From positions 6,026 to 70,025 of the forward strand of contig JBKBPR010000007.1 in the NCBI GenBank assembly GCA_046293135.1: a stretch of 64,000 nucleotides of DNA, written 5' to 3'. The notes below the pieces were generated by a model. It worked only from the letters and a program-made list of their open reading frames with translations, had not been told where the DNA came from and did no database searches. A program made the position numbers and the translations under genes. The DNA is from Alphaproteobacteria bacterium (lineage in GTDB: Bacteria; Pseudomonadota; Alphaproteobacteria; Micavibrionales; Micavibrionaceae). Shown one piece after another: positions 36,783 to 46,663 of the stretch (position 1 is its first letter; each line of letters starts with the position of its first letter).

Positions 36783-37709
36783 TTAGCGCTTACGCTCTTG
36801 GAAATAGCGGAAAAAATCGCTATTGGGCGATAAAATCAAGCGCGTATCAGGCGTGGCCAGCGTGTTTTTATAGGCTTCCATAGAGCGGAAAAACGCGTAG
36901 AACTCGGCATCCTTGTTAAAGGCATCAGCGTAGATTTTAATCGCTTCATTGTCGCCCTGACCGCGCATAATCTGTGCTTCACGCTCGGCTTCGGCAATAA
37001 TAATCGTACGCTCTTTTTCGGCTGTTGAGCGAATTTCCAGCGCTCGCTCTTCCCCTTTTGCGCGTGTTTCCGTAGCGCGTTCCTTCAGCTCCGAAATCAT
37101 ACGGCGCACGGTTGAGGTGCGCAGATCAGCGGTAAGATCGGCGCGGACAATTCGCACATCAACCAGCTCAATCCCAAGCTGGTCTTGTTTGATGACGTTA
37201 TTCACGCGGGCACGGATATCATTCATCACCGCTGTCCGCTCTTGCGAAAGCAAGCGCCGCAGCGTGGTTCGACCCAAAACTGTCCGTGTCGCATCGTTCA
37301 GGATATTCTCCAAGCGCGAATTGGCATTGGTTGTTGTGCGCAGGGTTTTGAAGAATTGCAGCGGATCAACAATTTTATATCGCGCGAATGTGTCAACGAT
37401 GATCGGCTCTCCGCTTGATCCGCCCAAAAAAACATCGCTTTCCTCTAAAAGCTCACGCGATTCGCGGTCACTGGAGATAACAACCTGCTCTGTCGGCGGA
37501 TCAACGGACAAGATGCGCTTGTCGAAATATTGCACATTTTGAATGACGGGGATTTTGAAATGCAGCCCCGGCCCGCGGACTTCGCCGATCGGTTGACCAA
37601 GTTGCAGCACGATGGCTTGCTGGCGCTGGTCAACGGTGAAGATTGACATTGAAAGCGCCAATAATCCGGCCGCTGCGGCGAAAAGTACAATAATGAGTGC
37701 CTTATTCAT
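36783..37709 (-). CDS. hflC: Protease modulator HflC (SPFH/band 7)
   Basis: N-terminal TM, SPFH domain, immediately downstream of hflK. Confidence 0.9.
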   Translation of the reverse strand: MNKALIIVLFAAAAGLLALSMSIFTVDQRQQAIVLQLGQPIGEVRGPGLHFKIPVIQNVQYFDKRILSVDPPTEQVVISSDRESRELLEESDVFLGGSSGEPIIVDTFARYKIVDPLQFFKTLRTTTNANSRLENILNDATRTVLGRTTLRRLLSQERTAVMNDIRARVNNVIKQDQLGIELVDVRIVRADLTADLRTSTVRRMISELKERATETRAKGEERALEIRSTAEKERTIIIAEAEREAQIMRGQGDNEAIKIYADAFNKDAEFYAFFRSMEAYKNTLATPDTRLILSPNSDFFRYFQERKR

Positions 37710-37750
37710 GTTCGTTACCTGCTATTTCTTTTCTCTTTTGGTCGTGTCTG

Positions 37751-38962
37751 TTATTGCATGGAGCGCTGGACGCCGCTTTGAGCGCGTTCAGGCTGCTGTC
37801 TTGTTTCTTGCCCTGCTGCCGGAGCAATCTGGTTGGCGCGGCGGGGAGCCGAAGCCGCTCCGCCCGCAAGCTCGTTGAGAGGCAGATACGGCACTACGCC
37901 GTTACCGCCCTGATCATCCATAATGATCTTCGAAGCGTTGCTCAGCACCTCTTCCATGGCCTCAATATACATACGCTCCTTGGTGACGTCCTTGCCCTGA
38001 AGATAGGCTTCGTAAACCGAGCGAAAACGATCGCTATCCCCTGTTGAGCGGGCGATTGTCGATTGTTTATAGGCTTCGGCTTCCTGAAGAATCTGGATGG
38101 CCATACCGCGTGCGCGGGGAATAATGTCTTCCCTGTAGGCGCCGGCGCGGTTTTGCACGTCCTCGGCATCCTGCTTGGCGGATTGCACGTCTTGGAAAGC
38201 GTCCTGCACATCAGGGTGAACTTCGGAGCGTTCTATCAGGACCTGCGTGATATTCACGCCGGAATTATATTCATCCAGATTTTGCTGAATGATCGAGCGG
38301 GCGCGGCTGGCGACCTCTTCACGGTCGCGGGTGATGATCGGGAACATATTGGTTTGGCCGACAACTTCACGAATGGCGCTCTCGGCAACCTTTTTGATCG
38401 TGCTTTCCTGATCCTTGATATTAAAGATGAAATCTTCGGATGATTTGATATTCCACTGGATAACAAGGAACAGATCAACGATGTTCCGATCCGCGGTCAG
38501 CATCAGGCTTTCCTCAGGGATACTGCGGCGAGCGGCGTTTCCATCCCGTGTCAACGCATCGACAAAGCCGATATTGAGGCGTCTGATCTCGGCATTGTTA
38601 ACTATCGTCGCTGTTTCAATCGGCGCGGGCAGGTGATAGCCCAAGCCCGGCTCGGTTTTTGTATCGACCCATTGCCCGAAACGCTGGATCACCGCGTTCT
38701 CACCAGGATTAACGACATAAAGACCGCTGGAAAGCCAAAGCAGCAAAATTGCGCCCAAAACGCCGAAAAGCGCCATTCCGCCTTTGAAATTATTAGGGAG
38801 CATATTTTTGAAATTGTCTTGCGCCTTGCGCAGCATTTCATCCAGATCCGGCGGCTCAGAACCGCCGCCGCCAGCACCATTATTCGGCTTGCGTCCCGAA
38901 TCGTTGCTGCTCGCCTTGCCCCAAGGATTGCCTTTATTTCCTGATTTATCGTCCCAAGCCAT
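37751..38962 (-). CDS. hflK: Protease modulator HflK (SPFH/band 7)
   Basis: MAWDDKSGNKGNPWG... Gly-rich N-terminus, TM, SPFH domain. The start at 38962 is preferred over the ORF-track 39082. Confidence 0.9.
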   Translation of the reverse strand: MAWDDKSGNKGNPWGKASSNDSGRKPNNGAGGGGSEPPDLDEMLRKAQDNFKNMLPNNFKGGMALFGVLGAILLLWLSSGLYVVNPGENAVIQRFGQWVDTKTEPGLGYHLPAPIETATIVNNAEIRRLNIGFVDALTRDGNAARRSIPEESLMLTADRNIVDLFLVIQWNIKSSEDFIFNIKDQESTIKKVAESAIREVVGQTNMFPIITRDREEVASRARSIIQQNLDEYNSGVNITQVLIERSEVHPDVQDAFQDVQSAKQDAEDVQNRAGAYREDIIPRARGMAIQILQEAEAYKQSTIARSTGDSDRFRSVYEAYLQGKDVTKERMYIEAMEEVLSNASKIIMDDQGGNGVVPYLPLNELAGGAASAPRRANQIAPAAGQETRQQPERAQSGVQRSMQ

Positions 38963-39126
38963 GTAAAATCTCTCAAGCTTCCGTGTTTGTATTTTATTTG
39001 CAATTTTGAGCCATAAGAATATTCTTTTTGAAACAGAAAGCAACCGTTTCCGGTTTTTTTCGGATGAAATTTTTGAGCGCATGAAAAAGCGAGTTTTTAA
39101 GCGACATTATTTATAAGTGAGATTGT

Positions 39127-40293
39127 ATGGCCGCGCCGCGTAAAGACATGATTGGTGATATGAAGAATAGGGTTTTGCAGGCTCTTGGCGGGATTACAGC
39201 GCCGGACAGCCCGCAAGATATCGTGACGTGCGGCATGGTCGAGGATATCCATATCGACCTGCAGGCGGGGGAGGTTATTTGCCTAATGAAAGTCACGCCG
39301 CAGCAAGCCGCTCTGATGGAACCTATCCGTTTAAAGGCTGAAAAAACAATCCGCGCGTTGGATGATGTTCAAAAATCCATCCGCAAAGTGAGCGTAATCT
39401 TAACGGCGGAACGTACAGAGCGTACGCCTCTACCAGCCGAGATGTACGCCTCCCAAAAAACAGATAAATCTGACCCGCATGGGCTGAATAAAGTCCCCGT
39501 TCTTGATTTACCGATCCGCCATATTATTGCCGTGGCTTCCGGCAAGGGCGGGGTTGGGAAATCAACAATTGCCTGTAATTCAGCTGTTTTATTGGCTAAA
39601 AATGGCCAAAGCTCTGGGTTGAGGGTTGGGATTTTGGATGCGGATATTTACGGCCCGTCCCAACCACGCTTGCTTGGCGTGCAGGATAAAAAACCGAGCG
39701 TGGGTGAGAATGGGAGACTCGATCCGTTAGATGCGTACGGCATAAAAATCATGTCGATCGGCTTTATGGTGGAGGAAGAGCGCGCCATGATCTGGCGCGG
39801 CCCGATGGTGCAAACGGCGATTATTCAACTTCTGCGTGATGTGAATTGGGGCAGTGCCGAAACGCCGCTGGATGTCTTGATCGTTGATATGCCGCCCGGT
39901 ACGGGTGATGCGCAGTTGACTATGGCGCAAAAGGTCAAGCTTTCGGGCGCGGTGATTGTGTCAACGCCGCAGGATATCGCGCTGATTGATGCGCGTAAGG
40001 GGCTTGAAATGTTCAAAAAGACGAATGTGCCAATATTGGGGCTGGTTGAGAATATGAGCACGCATATTTGCTCGAAATGCGGGCATGAGGAGCATATTTT
40101 CGGTCATGGCGGTGTTGAGAGCGAAGCCCAAAAACTGGGCGTACCGTTTTTGGGCGCAATCCCGCTGCATGGCGAAATTCGGATGCGTTCCGATGCCGGA
40201 CGCCCCGTTGTTCTTGATAGCGACAATGCCTCGCACGTACAGGCGTACGGGCAGATTGCTAATAAGATTTTTGATTTTATTTCAAATGACTAG
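39127..40293 (+). CDS. apbC: Fe-S cluster carrier ATPase Mrp/ApbC (NBP35 family)
   Basis: Deviant Walker A ASGKGGVGKST; ...DMPPGTGD...; CSKCGHE motif. Confidence 0.9.
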   Translation: MAAPRKDMIGDMKNRVLQALGGITAPDSPQDIVTCGMVEDIHIDLQAGEVICLMKVTPQQAALMEPIRLKAEKTIRALDDVQKSIRKVSVILTAERTERTPLPAEMYASQKTDKSDPHGLNKVPVLDLPIRHIIAVASGKGGVGKSTIACNSAVLLAKNGQSSGLRVGILDADIYGPSQPRLLGVQDKKPSVGENGRLDPLDAYGIKIMSIGFMVEEERAMIWRGPMVQTAIIQLLRDVNWGSAETPLDVLIVDMPPGTGDAQLTMAQKVKLSGAVIVSTPQDIALIDARKGLEMFKKTNVPILGLVENMSTHICSKCGHEEHIFGHGGVESEAQKLGVPFLGAIPLHGEIRMRSDAGRPVVLDSDNASHVQAYGQIANKIFDFISND

Positions 40294-40320
40294 CCAATTT
40301 GAGCCAATAAATACAGCGTG

Positions 40321-40851
40321 TTATTTTTTCTTTTCGAGGCGCATGAAACTAAAGGCTGGCGTCTTTTCGGTTTTGGCGTGATCTTCGCGCCAGATTTCGC
40401 TCCACGCATTCCAGTCAAATTCAGGGAAGAGCGTATCGCCCTCGACATCCTCATGAATGAGGGTGATATCAAGCTCATCAACGAGATTTTTGCTTAAGGC
40501 CTCGGCGTAAATTTGCGCCCCGCCATTGATGAAAACCTCGTCCGCGCCGCTATCCTTTGCAATCGCCCGCGCGCGATCCAAAGCCGCCTCAAGCGACGGG
40601 CAAACCACAACACCGTCAGTCGCCGCAAAATCGCTCTGACGGGTGATGATGATATTTGTGCGCCCCGGCAATGGCCCGCCAACCTCACGATAGAGCGATT
40701 CAAGGGTTTTGCGCCCCATAACCAGCGGCTTTCCGAGGGTGCGCGCCTTGTAACGCTTGAGGTCTTGGGGGATATGCCATGGCAATGTGCCGTTTTTACC
40801 GATAATTTGATTTTGAGACATTGCTACAATTAAAGTTGTTTTGCTATTCAT
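40321..40851 (-). CDS. folA: Dihydrofolate reductase
   Basis: ...LIVAMSQNQIIGKNGTLPWHIPQDLKRYKARTLGKPLVMGRKT... Confidence 0.88.
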   Translation of the reverse strand: MNSKTTLIVAMSQNQIIGKNGTLPWHIPQDLKRYKARTLGKPLVMGRKTLESLYREVGGPLPGRTNIIITRQSDFAATDGVVVCPSLEAALDRARAIAKDSGADEVFINGGAQIYAEALSKNLVDELDITLIHEDVEGDTLFPEFDWNAWSEIWREDHAKTEKTPAFSFMRLEKKK

Positions 40852-41623
40852 TTTTGAGTCCAAGGATGTTAGTCATCAGATATATTTAATTTATTTGCGG
40901 GATTTGCGTGTGTTAAATCAAGTTTTAAAGAATTTAGATGATGAATCAAAGATTCTTGATTTTGGTTGCCTCTCTTGGACTGTTTACCATGAATCAAAAA
41001 AAATTAATAAAAATTTTGTTCATTATGCATGCGATATAATAGAGCCGTCCCTCATTCCTGCAGATATAAATTTTTTCACGGTCGATGAAGGTGTTGAAAG
41101 ACTTGATATTGAAGATGATAGCTTTGATTTAATTGTATTATCTCATGTTTTAGAGCATGTGAGCGCCCCAGTGCCGCTGTTTGAGGAGCTTGTAAGGATT
41201 TGTAAACCAGGGGGGCGGATATATGTTGAAACCCCCTCAGATCGCTCTGTGTCAGTAAAAAGCGATAAATGTGCGCAAAGTCACAGTTTTTATAATTTTT
41301 GGGATGACCCGACACATATTAGACCCTACAGCCCTGCGGGGCTTTATAGGCTCGCTATTTCTTTTTGTATGATACCAGAAGAGGTTAAGTACATTGGTAA
41401 TTGGCTTGATGTCGCCGTCTATCCTTTTTATGTCTTGCTCTCAATGGTCAGCAATGAGCGCTTTGAACTCACTGTAGCTATGTGGAAAAGATACAAGTGG
41501 GCTTGTTATATGGTTGCCCGTAAACCAGAAAATAAGAATGGCCGTATTCCATATAAGTATATTTCACTTAAAAACGTCAAAAAAGGATATGAAAACGCTT
41601 TGAGTTACAGAGAAACACTGTAG
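40841..41623 (+). CDS. Class I SAM-dependent methyltransferase (Methyltransf_11-like), AT-rich insertion between folA and thyA
   Basis: Motif I ILDFGC; ...FDLIVLSHVLEHV...; ...CKPGGRIYVETP. The start is uncertain (TTG 40841, TTG 40904 or GTG 40910). Confidence 0.7.
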   Translation: MLFIFESKDVSHQIYLIYLRDLRVLNQVLKNLDDESKILDFGCLSWTVYHESKKINKNFVHYACDIIEPSLIPADINFFTVDEGVERLDIEDDSFDLIVLSHVLEHVSAPVPLFEELVRICKPGGRIYVETPSDRSVSVKSDKCAQSHSFYNFWDDPTHIRPYSPAGLYRLAISFCMIPEEVKYIGNWLDVAVYPFYVLLSMVSNERFELTVAMWKRYKWACYMVARKPENKNGRIPYKYISLKNVKKGYENALSYRETL

Positions 41624-41666
41624 TCGTGAGCTATATTATTTGTCGTAAGATAGATATACAAATCAA

Positions 41667-42461
41667 TTAAACAGCCACGGGGGCTTTGATATGCGGGTGC
41701 GCCTGATAACCGACCAGCTCGAAATCCTCGAATTTGAAGTCGAAAATGCTTTTTACATGCGGGTTTAGGTGCATTTCGGGCAGCGCATATGGCGTGCGCG
41801 AGAGCTGCTCGCGCGTTTGCTCCAGATGGTTGGAATATAAATGCGCATCGCCGAACGTATGGATAAATTCAACGGGTTTGAGGCCTGTGACCTGCGCTAC
41901 CATCATCGTCAGCAGCGCGTAAGAGGCGATATTGAACGGCACGCCAAGGAAAATATCGGCGCTGCGCTGATAAAGCTGGCAGGACAAGCGCCCATCGGCG
42001 ACATAGAACTGGAAAAACGCGTGGCAGGGCGGAAGCGCCATTTTCGGGATTTCCCCGACATTCCACGCCGAAACAATCAGGCGGCGGTCATCTGGGTTGG
42101 TCTTGATGCGCACAATAACGCTGGATATCTGGTCAATCGTATTGCCGTCTTTGGTTGGCCAGCTGCGCCATTGCGCGCCATAAACAGGCCCGAGATTGCC
42201 TGACTCATCCGCCCATTCATCCCAGATCGAAACGCCGTTTTCCTTGAGATAGGCGATATTTGTTTCACCCTTTAAAAACCATAGCAATTCATGGATGATC
42301 GAGCGCAAATGGCATTTTTTTGTCGTGACCAGCGGGAAGCCCTCGGCAAGATCAAAGCGCATCTGGTAACCGAAAACGCTGAGCGTTCCTGTCCCTGTGC
42401 GGTCTTCCTTTTTTACGCCGTTTTCAAGCACATGGCGCATCAGATCGTGATATTGTTTCAT
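41667..42461 (-). CDS. thyA: Thymidylate synthase (ThyA)
   Basis: [28 protein letters not shown]...LPPCH..FQFYV... canonical. Confidence 0.95.
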   Translation of the reverse strand: MKQYHDLMRHVLENGVKKEDRTGTGTLSVFGYQMRFDLAEGFPLVTTKKCHLRSIIHELLWFLKGETNIAYLKENGVSIWDEWADESGNLGPVYGAQWRSWPTKDGNTIDQISSVIVRIKTNPDDRRLIVSAWNVGEIPKMALPPCHAFFQFYVADGRLSCQLYQRSADIFLGVPFNIASYALLTMMVAQVTGLKPVEFIHTFGDAHLYSNHLEQTREQLSRTPYALPEMHLNPHVKSIFDFKFEDFELVGYQAHPHIKAPVAV

Positions 42462-42599
42462 CTCTAAATTCCCTTTTATTCTTACAATGTAGGGATTCGG
42501 CTGCCCGATTCAAGCGCGAGAGAGGTTTCGGCTCAAATAAGCTGTGCGCAAGCGCTGTCCTTTACTTTTGAACGATAATCCCTTAGAATTGTAGATGCT

Positions 42600-42941
42600 G
42601 GCTTGCCAGTTATGACGCTAAACGCTTGTGCGGAATAGACGTCGTGGACCCGGGGGCAGTACCCGGCAGGTCCACCATTTTAATGCGGTACGCATTCTTT
42701 AACAGGGGTGCGCTTGATTAAGACGGTGGGCCTGAAACAGGATCGACACGCGTAGTAAAGGTATGTGGCGGCGTTCGGCATGGTATCCGCCGTTATCGGG
42801 CTAAATTTATAAATGCAAACGACAATGTTGCATTCGTAGCCGCTAACGATAACCTCGTTGGTGAAGTTCGCAAAGCCGCCTAATTGGGCACTTTACGATA
42901 GCTACTTCAATTCCTGATTGGTAATGCCTTCGGGTGGGGTT
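42600..42941 (+). ncRNA. ssrA: Two-piece (circularly permuted) tmRNA gene. The acceptor piece ends with CCA at 42677, the coding piece starts at GGGCCTG at 42728, and the tag ORF is 42815-42883. The outer boundaries are approximate.
   Basis: T-arm CCGGG-GGCAGTA-CCCGG, then CAGGTCC-A-CCA. GGGCCTG pairs with CAGGTCC, giving the G3:U70 alanine identity pair. GGATCGAC resembles the conserved tmRNA 5' region. The tag reads GCA AAC GAC AAT ... GCC GCC TAA = ANDNVAFVAANDNLVGEVRKAA*. Confidence 0.8.
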
Positions 42942-42975
42942 GGTTCGTACCTAGCAACAGAAACGAACCATTTTC
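42942..42975 (+). terminator. Terminator-like hairpin after ssrA
   Basis: GGTTCGT...ACGAACC, then ATTTTCT. Confidence 0.5.
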
Positions 42976-43068
42976 TCTATGTTTTCGTAATTTCCTTCAA
43001 ACACTTAGGCCTTGCCGTTAACCATTATTTATCGGATTATTACTATAATGAAAGATGGACGAGGGAAT

Positions 43069-45957
43069 ATGCGATTGCTCGCACGATTATTAACAGCGTT
43101 TTTTGTGTTTTTCATCTCAATTGAGAGTGTTTTTGCCTGCGTAAACCCCGCGGGCGTGCGCGGTGAGATCATTCACAGTGAAAACGGAAATGTTCCATCT
43201 TATTGTGATGGCACAGACTGGATTGCGATGATTGGTGCCGCGCCTGATCCTTTTGCGCTAACACAAATTGTTCCTGACGGTTTGATAGGGCATTGGCGAA
43301 TGGATGAAACCAGTGGAACAACTGCGTTTGATACGAGCGTGAATAACAACCAAGGAACGATGGAAAATGGCCTTACAGGGGCGGGCAGCTCTGTCGCAGG
43401 TATTGTCGGTGGCGCGCTTGATTTCACGGGAGCAAATGCACGAATCAGGGTTCCGCACAGTGTTAGTTTGAAGCCATCAGGGAACAGTATGTCCATAGCC
43501 TTTTGGATGCGGACAGATGTGGATTGGAATAATGCCCCTAGTAATGTTTGGCGTATTGTGGATGTTCAATCAGGGGTTAGTAGTAGCGATCCGGGTTTTC
43601 AATTATTTGTTAATGGCTTTTTAAATGAAATCTTGGGAATTTACATCGGTGACGGGGCGGGGAATGACAGGTTCTTTGGTACAGGCGCTTTACAATGGGA
43701 TGTCGGACGATGGTATCATATTGCATTCACTTATGATGGAAGCACTGTGACGGGGCGGTGGTACCGAGACGGCGTTCCTTTCGCACCTTCAACACTGGCA
43801 GCCTTTACCCCGAATTGGGGAATTAATGACATGCTGATCGGGGCGGGGTATTTCAATGACTACCTTGATGGTGCAATGGATGATTTGCGCATTTATGATC
43901 GTGCGTTAAGCCCCGCAGAAGTACAGACCATTTATGATGCCCGCGATGACAATATTAGTTATGACGGTATTCGTTACAATGAAAATTTCCGAGTGCCGGA
44001 ATTTTTTGACGGCAATAACTTTGTCTCACTGGTCAGTGAGTGGCCGAATATTACAGGTGGGCTTGTCGGGCATTGGAAAATGGACGAGACAGGCGGAACT
44101 ATAGCTGTAGATAGTAGCGGCAACAACAATGATGGTGTTTTGTTGTCCGGTATGAATGCCGCGACCGCTACGTCAGCAGGTGCGGTAGGGCGCTCATTCG
44201 ACTATAATTTTAATGCTGGTCATTATGTCCGCGTTAACTCTTCAGCATCAATTAATGATGTGTTGGACGGCGGTGGTACGTTATCTGCTTGGATAAATCC
44301 AAGAACTGCGGGTGAATTTGATGACGGGGCAATTTTTAGAAAAACGACCAACGATGGCACGCATCCCGATGGTTATACTTTAAGATTTGCAGATTCGGCG
44401 CGCCGCTTAATGTTCAGAAAGGCTTGGGCCACAGGGCGTAAGGAATGGCGAACAAATGCAGGTATTCTCGCAAATGAGTGGACTCACGTAGCCGTTGTCT
44501 TTAATTCAGACTCTGATGCGAATGAACCGGAATTTTATGTGAATGGACAATCGGTCCCTTTTACATTATGGGTTGATCTCGGTGGGGGTGCTTCGGTCAG
44601 TGATGCTGGAGTTAACCTTATGGTTGGCGGTACCACTTATGACGGGCGTATAGATGATGCGCGTGTTTATAACCGTGCTTTATCATCATATGAAATTCAG
44701 ATCCTCTATCAGATGGGTGCGCGAGTTGGCTCAACGACTTCCTTGCCGCAAGATTGTCCGAATATCGGCGATGCATGCGATGACGGTACAGTCTATGTAG
44801 GGTTGTCGCCTGATGGAAACATCCCAATGTTTGTGCCTTCTCAAAATGCTCCGGTGCTTTTGACTTGGAATCAGCAGGCTGAACATACAAATCACACCAA
44901 TACCACCGCAACAAATGATAATAATGGAGCAAGCAATACCAATTTAATTATTTCGACGGATGCTGACTCTAGTGTGGCCGGTTTTCAAATTCATAGTGCG
45001 GCTCAATATTGTCGCTCTTTGAATATGCACGGGGCGAATGATTATTATTTGCCAGCTTATAATGAATTAATGCTTGTCTATGATGCCAATCAGTTTGTGC
45101 CAAATTTGTTGCCGGGTTTTTATTGGAGTTCAACTCAACAAAATATATCTTCTGCGAGGCAAATAGACTTGGTTACAGGCGATACCAATTCACTTGGAGC
45201 GAAGAATGGCGCTTTTAGAGTGCGCTGTGTTCGTAAAGGTCCTGCGCCGCGTTGTGAAAATCCGTATGGGATTGAAGGTGAAATGATCTTTAATGATGAT
45301 CATGATGTTGTGCAATATTGTGATGGTGCACGTTGGATTGCGATTGGAAAAATAATAGCAGTGTCTCCGCCACCACCGCCGCCGCCGCCGCCGCCACCAC
45401 CTCCTCCTCCAGAAGACCCTATATGTGACGGAACACAGCCTATAGGGACAACATGTTCCGATGGCACGATTTATGCAGGGCTTTCACCTGACGGCAACGT
45501 ACCGATGTATACAACGCCGAATGATACAGCTGTGGTCGCTTGGAATGATGGCAATAGCTCCGGTAACACAACGACATCCCAAACAAACCAAAACACAGGA
45601 AGTGATAATACGAATGCTTTGATTGGGATTGATTCCAATAGTAATATTGGCGGCATTCAACCGCACAGAGCAGCGCAACATTGTGCAGATATCGTTGCAT
45701 TAGGTCATGATGATTGGTATTTACCTGCTCGAAATGAGCTTAACCTACTGTATGTGAATCTGGCCCGCGATGGCGGCGGTGATGTTACCCCTGGAAATAC
45801 TTTTGGTTTCAATAGAACAGGCGCAGATCCGGATGGGTGGTATTGGTCTTCTTCAGAAGCCAGCACTAATCGAGCGTGGGTTCAAGTTTTTAGTGATGGA
45901 TCACAATACGAGGATGAAAAGTATTTTCCGAGCGCCATACGTTGTGTTCGTCGATAG
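43069..45957 (+). CDS. Large secreted protein: Cys module - 2 x LamG/ConA-like lectin domains - DUF1566 - Cys module - poly-Pro - DUF1566
   Basis: The SD GAGGGA precedes ATG 43069, followed by the signal peptide MRLLARLLTAFFVFFISIESVFA. LamG_3-like ...LDGAMDDLRIYDRALS... and ...GRIDDARVYNRALS... are present. DUF1566-like ...YYLPAYNELMLVY and ...WYLPARNELNLLY are present. 14 consecutive Pro codons span 45367-45408. Confidence 0.75.
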   Translation: MRLLARLLTAFFVFFISIESVFACVNPAGVRGEIIHSENGNVPSYCDGTDWIAMIGAAPDPFALTQIVPDGLIGHWRMDETSGTTAFDTSVNNNQGTMENGLTGAGSSVAGIVGGALDFTGANARIRVPHSVSLKPSGNSMSIAFWMRTDVDWNNAPSNVWRIVDVQSGVSSSDPGFQLFVNGFLNEILGIYIGDGAGNDRFFGTGALQWDVGRWYHIAFTYDGSTVTGRWYRDGVPFAPSTLAAFTPNWGINDMLIGAGYFNDYLDGAMDDLRIYDRALSPAEVQTIYDARDDNISYDGIRYNENFRVPEFFDGNNFVSLVSEWPNITGGLVGHWKMDETGGTIAVDSSGNNNDGVLLSGMNAATATSAGAVGRSFDYNFNAGHYVRVNSSASINDVLDGGGTLSAWINPRTAGEFDDGAIFRKTTNDGTHPDGYTLRFADSARRLMFRKAWATGRKEWRTNAGILANEWTHVAVVFNSDSDANEPEFYVNGQSVPFTLWVDLGGGASVSDAGVNLMVGGTTYDGRIDDARVYNRALSSYEIQILYQMGARVGSTTSLPQDCPNIGDACDDGTVYVGLSPDGNIPMFVPSQNAPVLLTWNQQAEHTNHTNTTATNDNNGASNTNLIISTDADSSVAGFQIHSAAQYCRSLNMHGANDYYLPAYNELMLVYDANQFVPNLLPGFYWSSTQQNISSARQIDLVTGDTNSLGAKNGAFRVRCVRKGPAPRCENPYGIEGEMIFNDDHDVVQYCDGARWIAIGKIIAVSPPPPPPPPPPPPPPPEDPICDGTQPIGTTCSDGTIYAGLSPDGNVPMYTTPNDTAVVAWNDGNSSGNTTTSQTNQNTGSDNTNALIGIDSNSNIGGIQPHRAAQHCADIVALGHDDWYLPARNELNLLYVNLARDGGGDVTPGNTFGFNRTGADPDGWYWSSSEASTNRAWVQVFSDGSQYEDEKYFPSAIRCVRR

Positions 45958-45976
45958 CTTTGGTCTTTAAAATTAT

Positions 45977-46471
45977 TTATTTATGAACAAAGCCCCATAC
46001 CTCATAGGGTTGGCCGAATGCGCCGATATGATGGTTCCAGAAACGTATCCGCGACCAGTCATTATTCGCCGAGGCATCCTCCGCCCGCATGCGCTCATAA
46101 ACATAGCGGCGGGTGTTGCGATCACTGCCCCAATTGCTGTGGGCGACATCAATATGCCGCGCACCTACCACGCGCTTTACCACGGCAACATGGCCATGCG
46201 TCATTTGCGGTGTGCGCGCCAGTACAACCACTGACCCACGCTTTGGCGTTTGTGACCTTTGGTAGCGCGGGTCTTGCGCCGCTTGCCCCCACCAAGTATG
46301 GGCATCGCCATAAAGCTCTATCCCTGAAACCTGCCGCGCATAGGGGACGCATTGGATCGGTTCGGATGATTTAAATCCCTTGGCATTGGGCGTTGAGAAC
46401 CGCCCGCCACCACATGCGGATAAAGCAAATAAACAAATAACGGTGAGGGTGAAGCGAAATTTTGAGTGCAT
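45977..46471 (-). CDS. CHAP-domain lipoprotein (peptidoglycan amidase/peptidase family)
   Basis: Lipobox LFALSAC; catalytic Cys context QCVPYAR; His context GHVAVV. Confidence 0.8.
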   Translation of the reverse strand: MHSKFRFTLTVICLFALSACGGGRFSTPNAKGFKSSEPIQCVPYARQVSGIELYGDAHTWWGQAAQDPRYQRSQTPKRGSVVVLARTPQMTHGHVAVVKRVVGARHIDVAHSNWGSDRNTRRYVYERMRAEDASANNDWSRIRFWNHHIGAFGQPYEVWGFVHK

Positions 46472-46663
46472 GATTTTTTGATCTGTTTTGAAATAAGGGA
46501 GGGTATCAAAGATTTATAAAATATTTTATGTCGGTTTTGCTTGCGCTTCAAAGAAATTTCCGAAAAAATGTAACACAAGGCTTTTTCGATACTTCGTTTG
46601 AAGTACCTTTCTTATATTCAAATCGCTCGTCCTGAGTGAGAAAAAACCCTCAAGGAGACTGAA

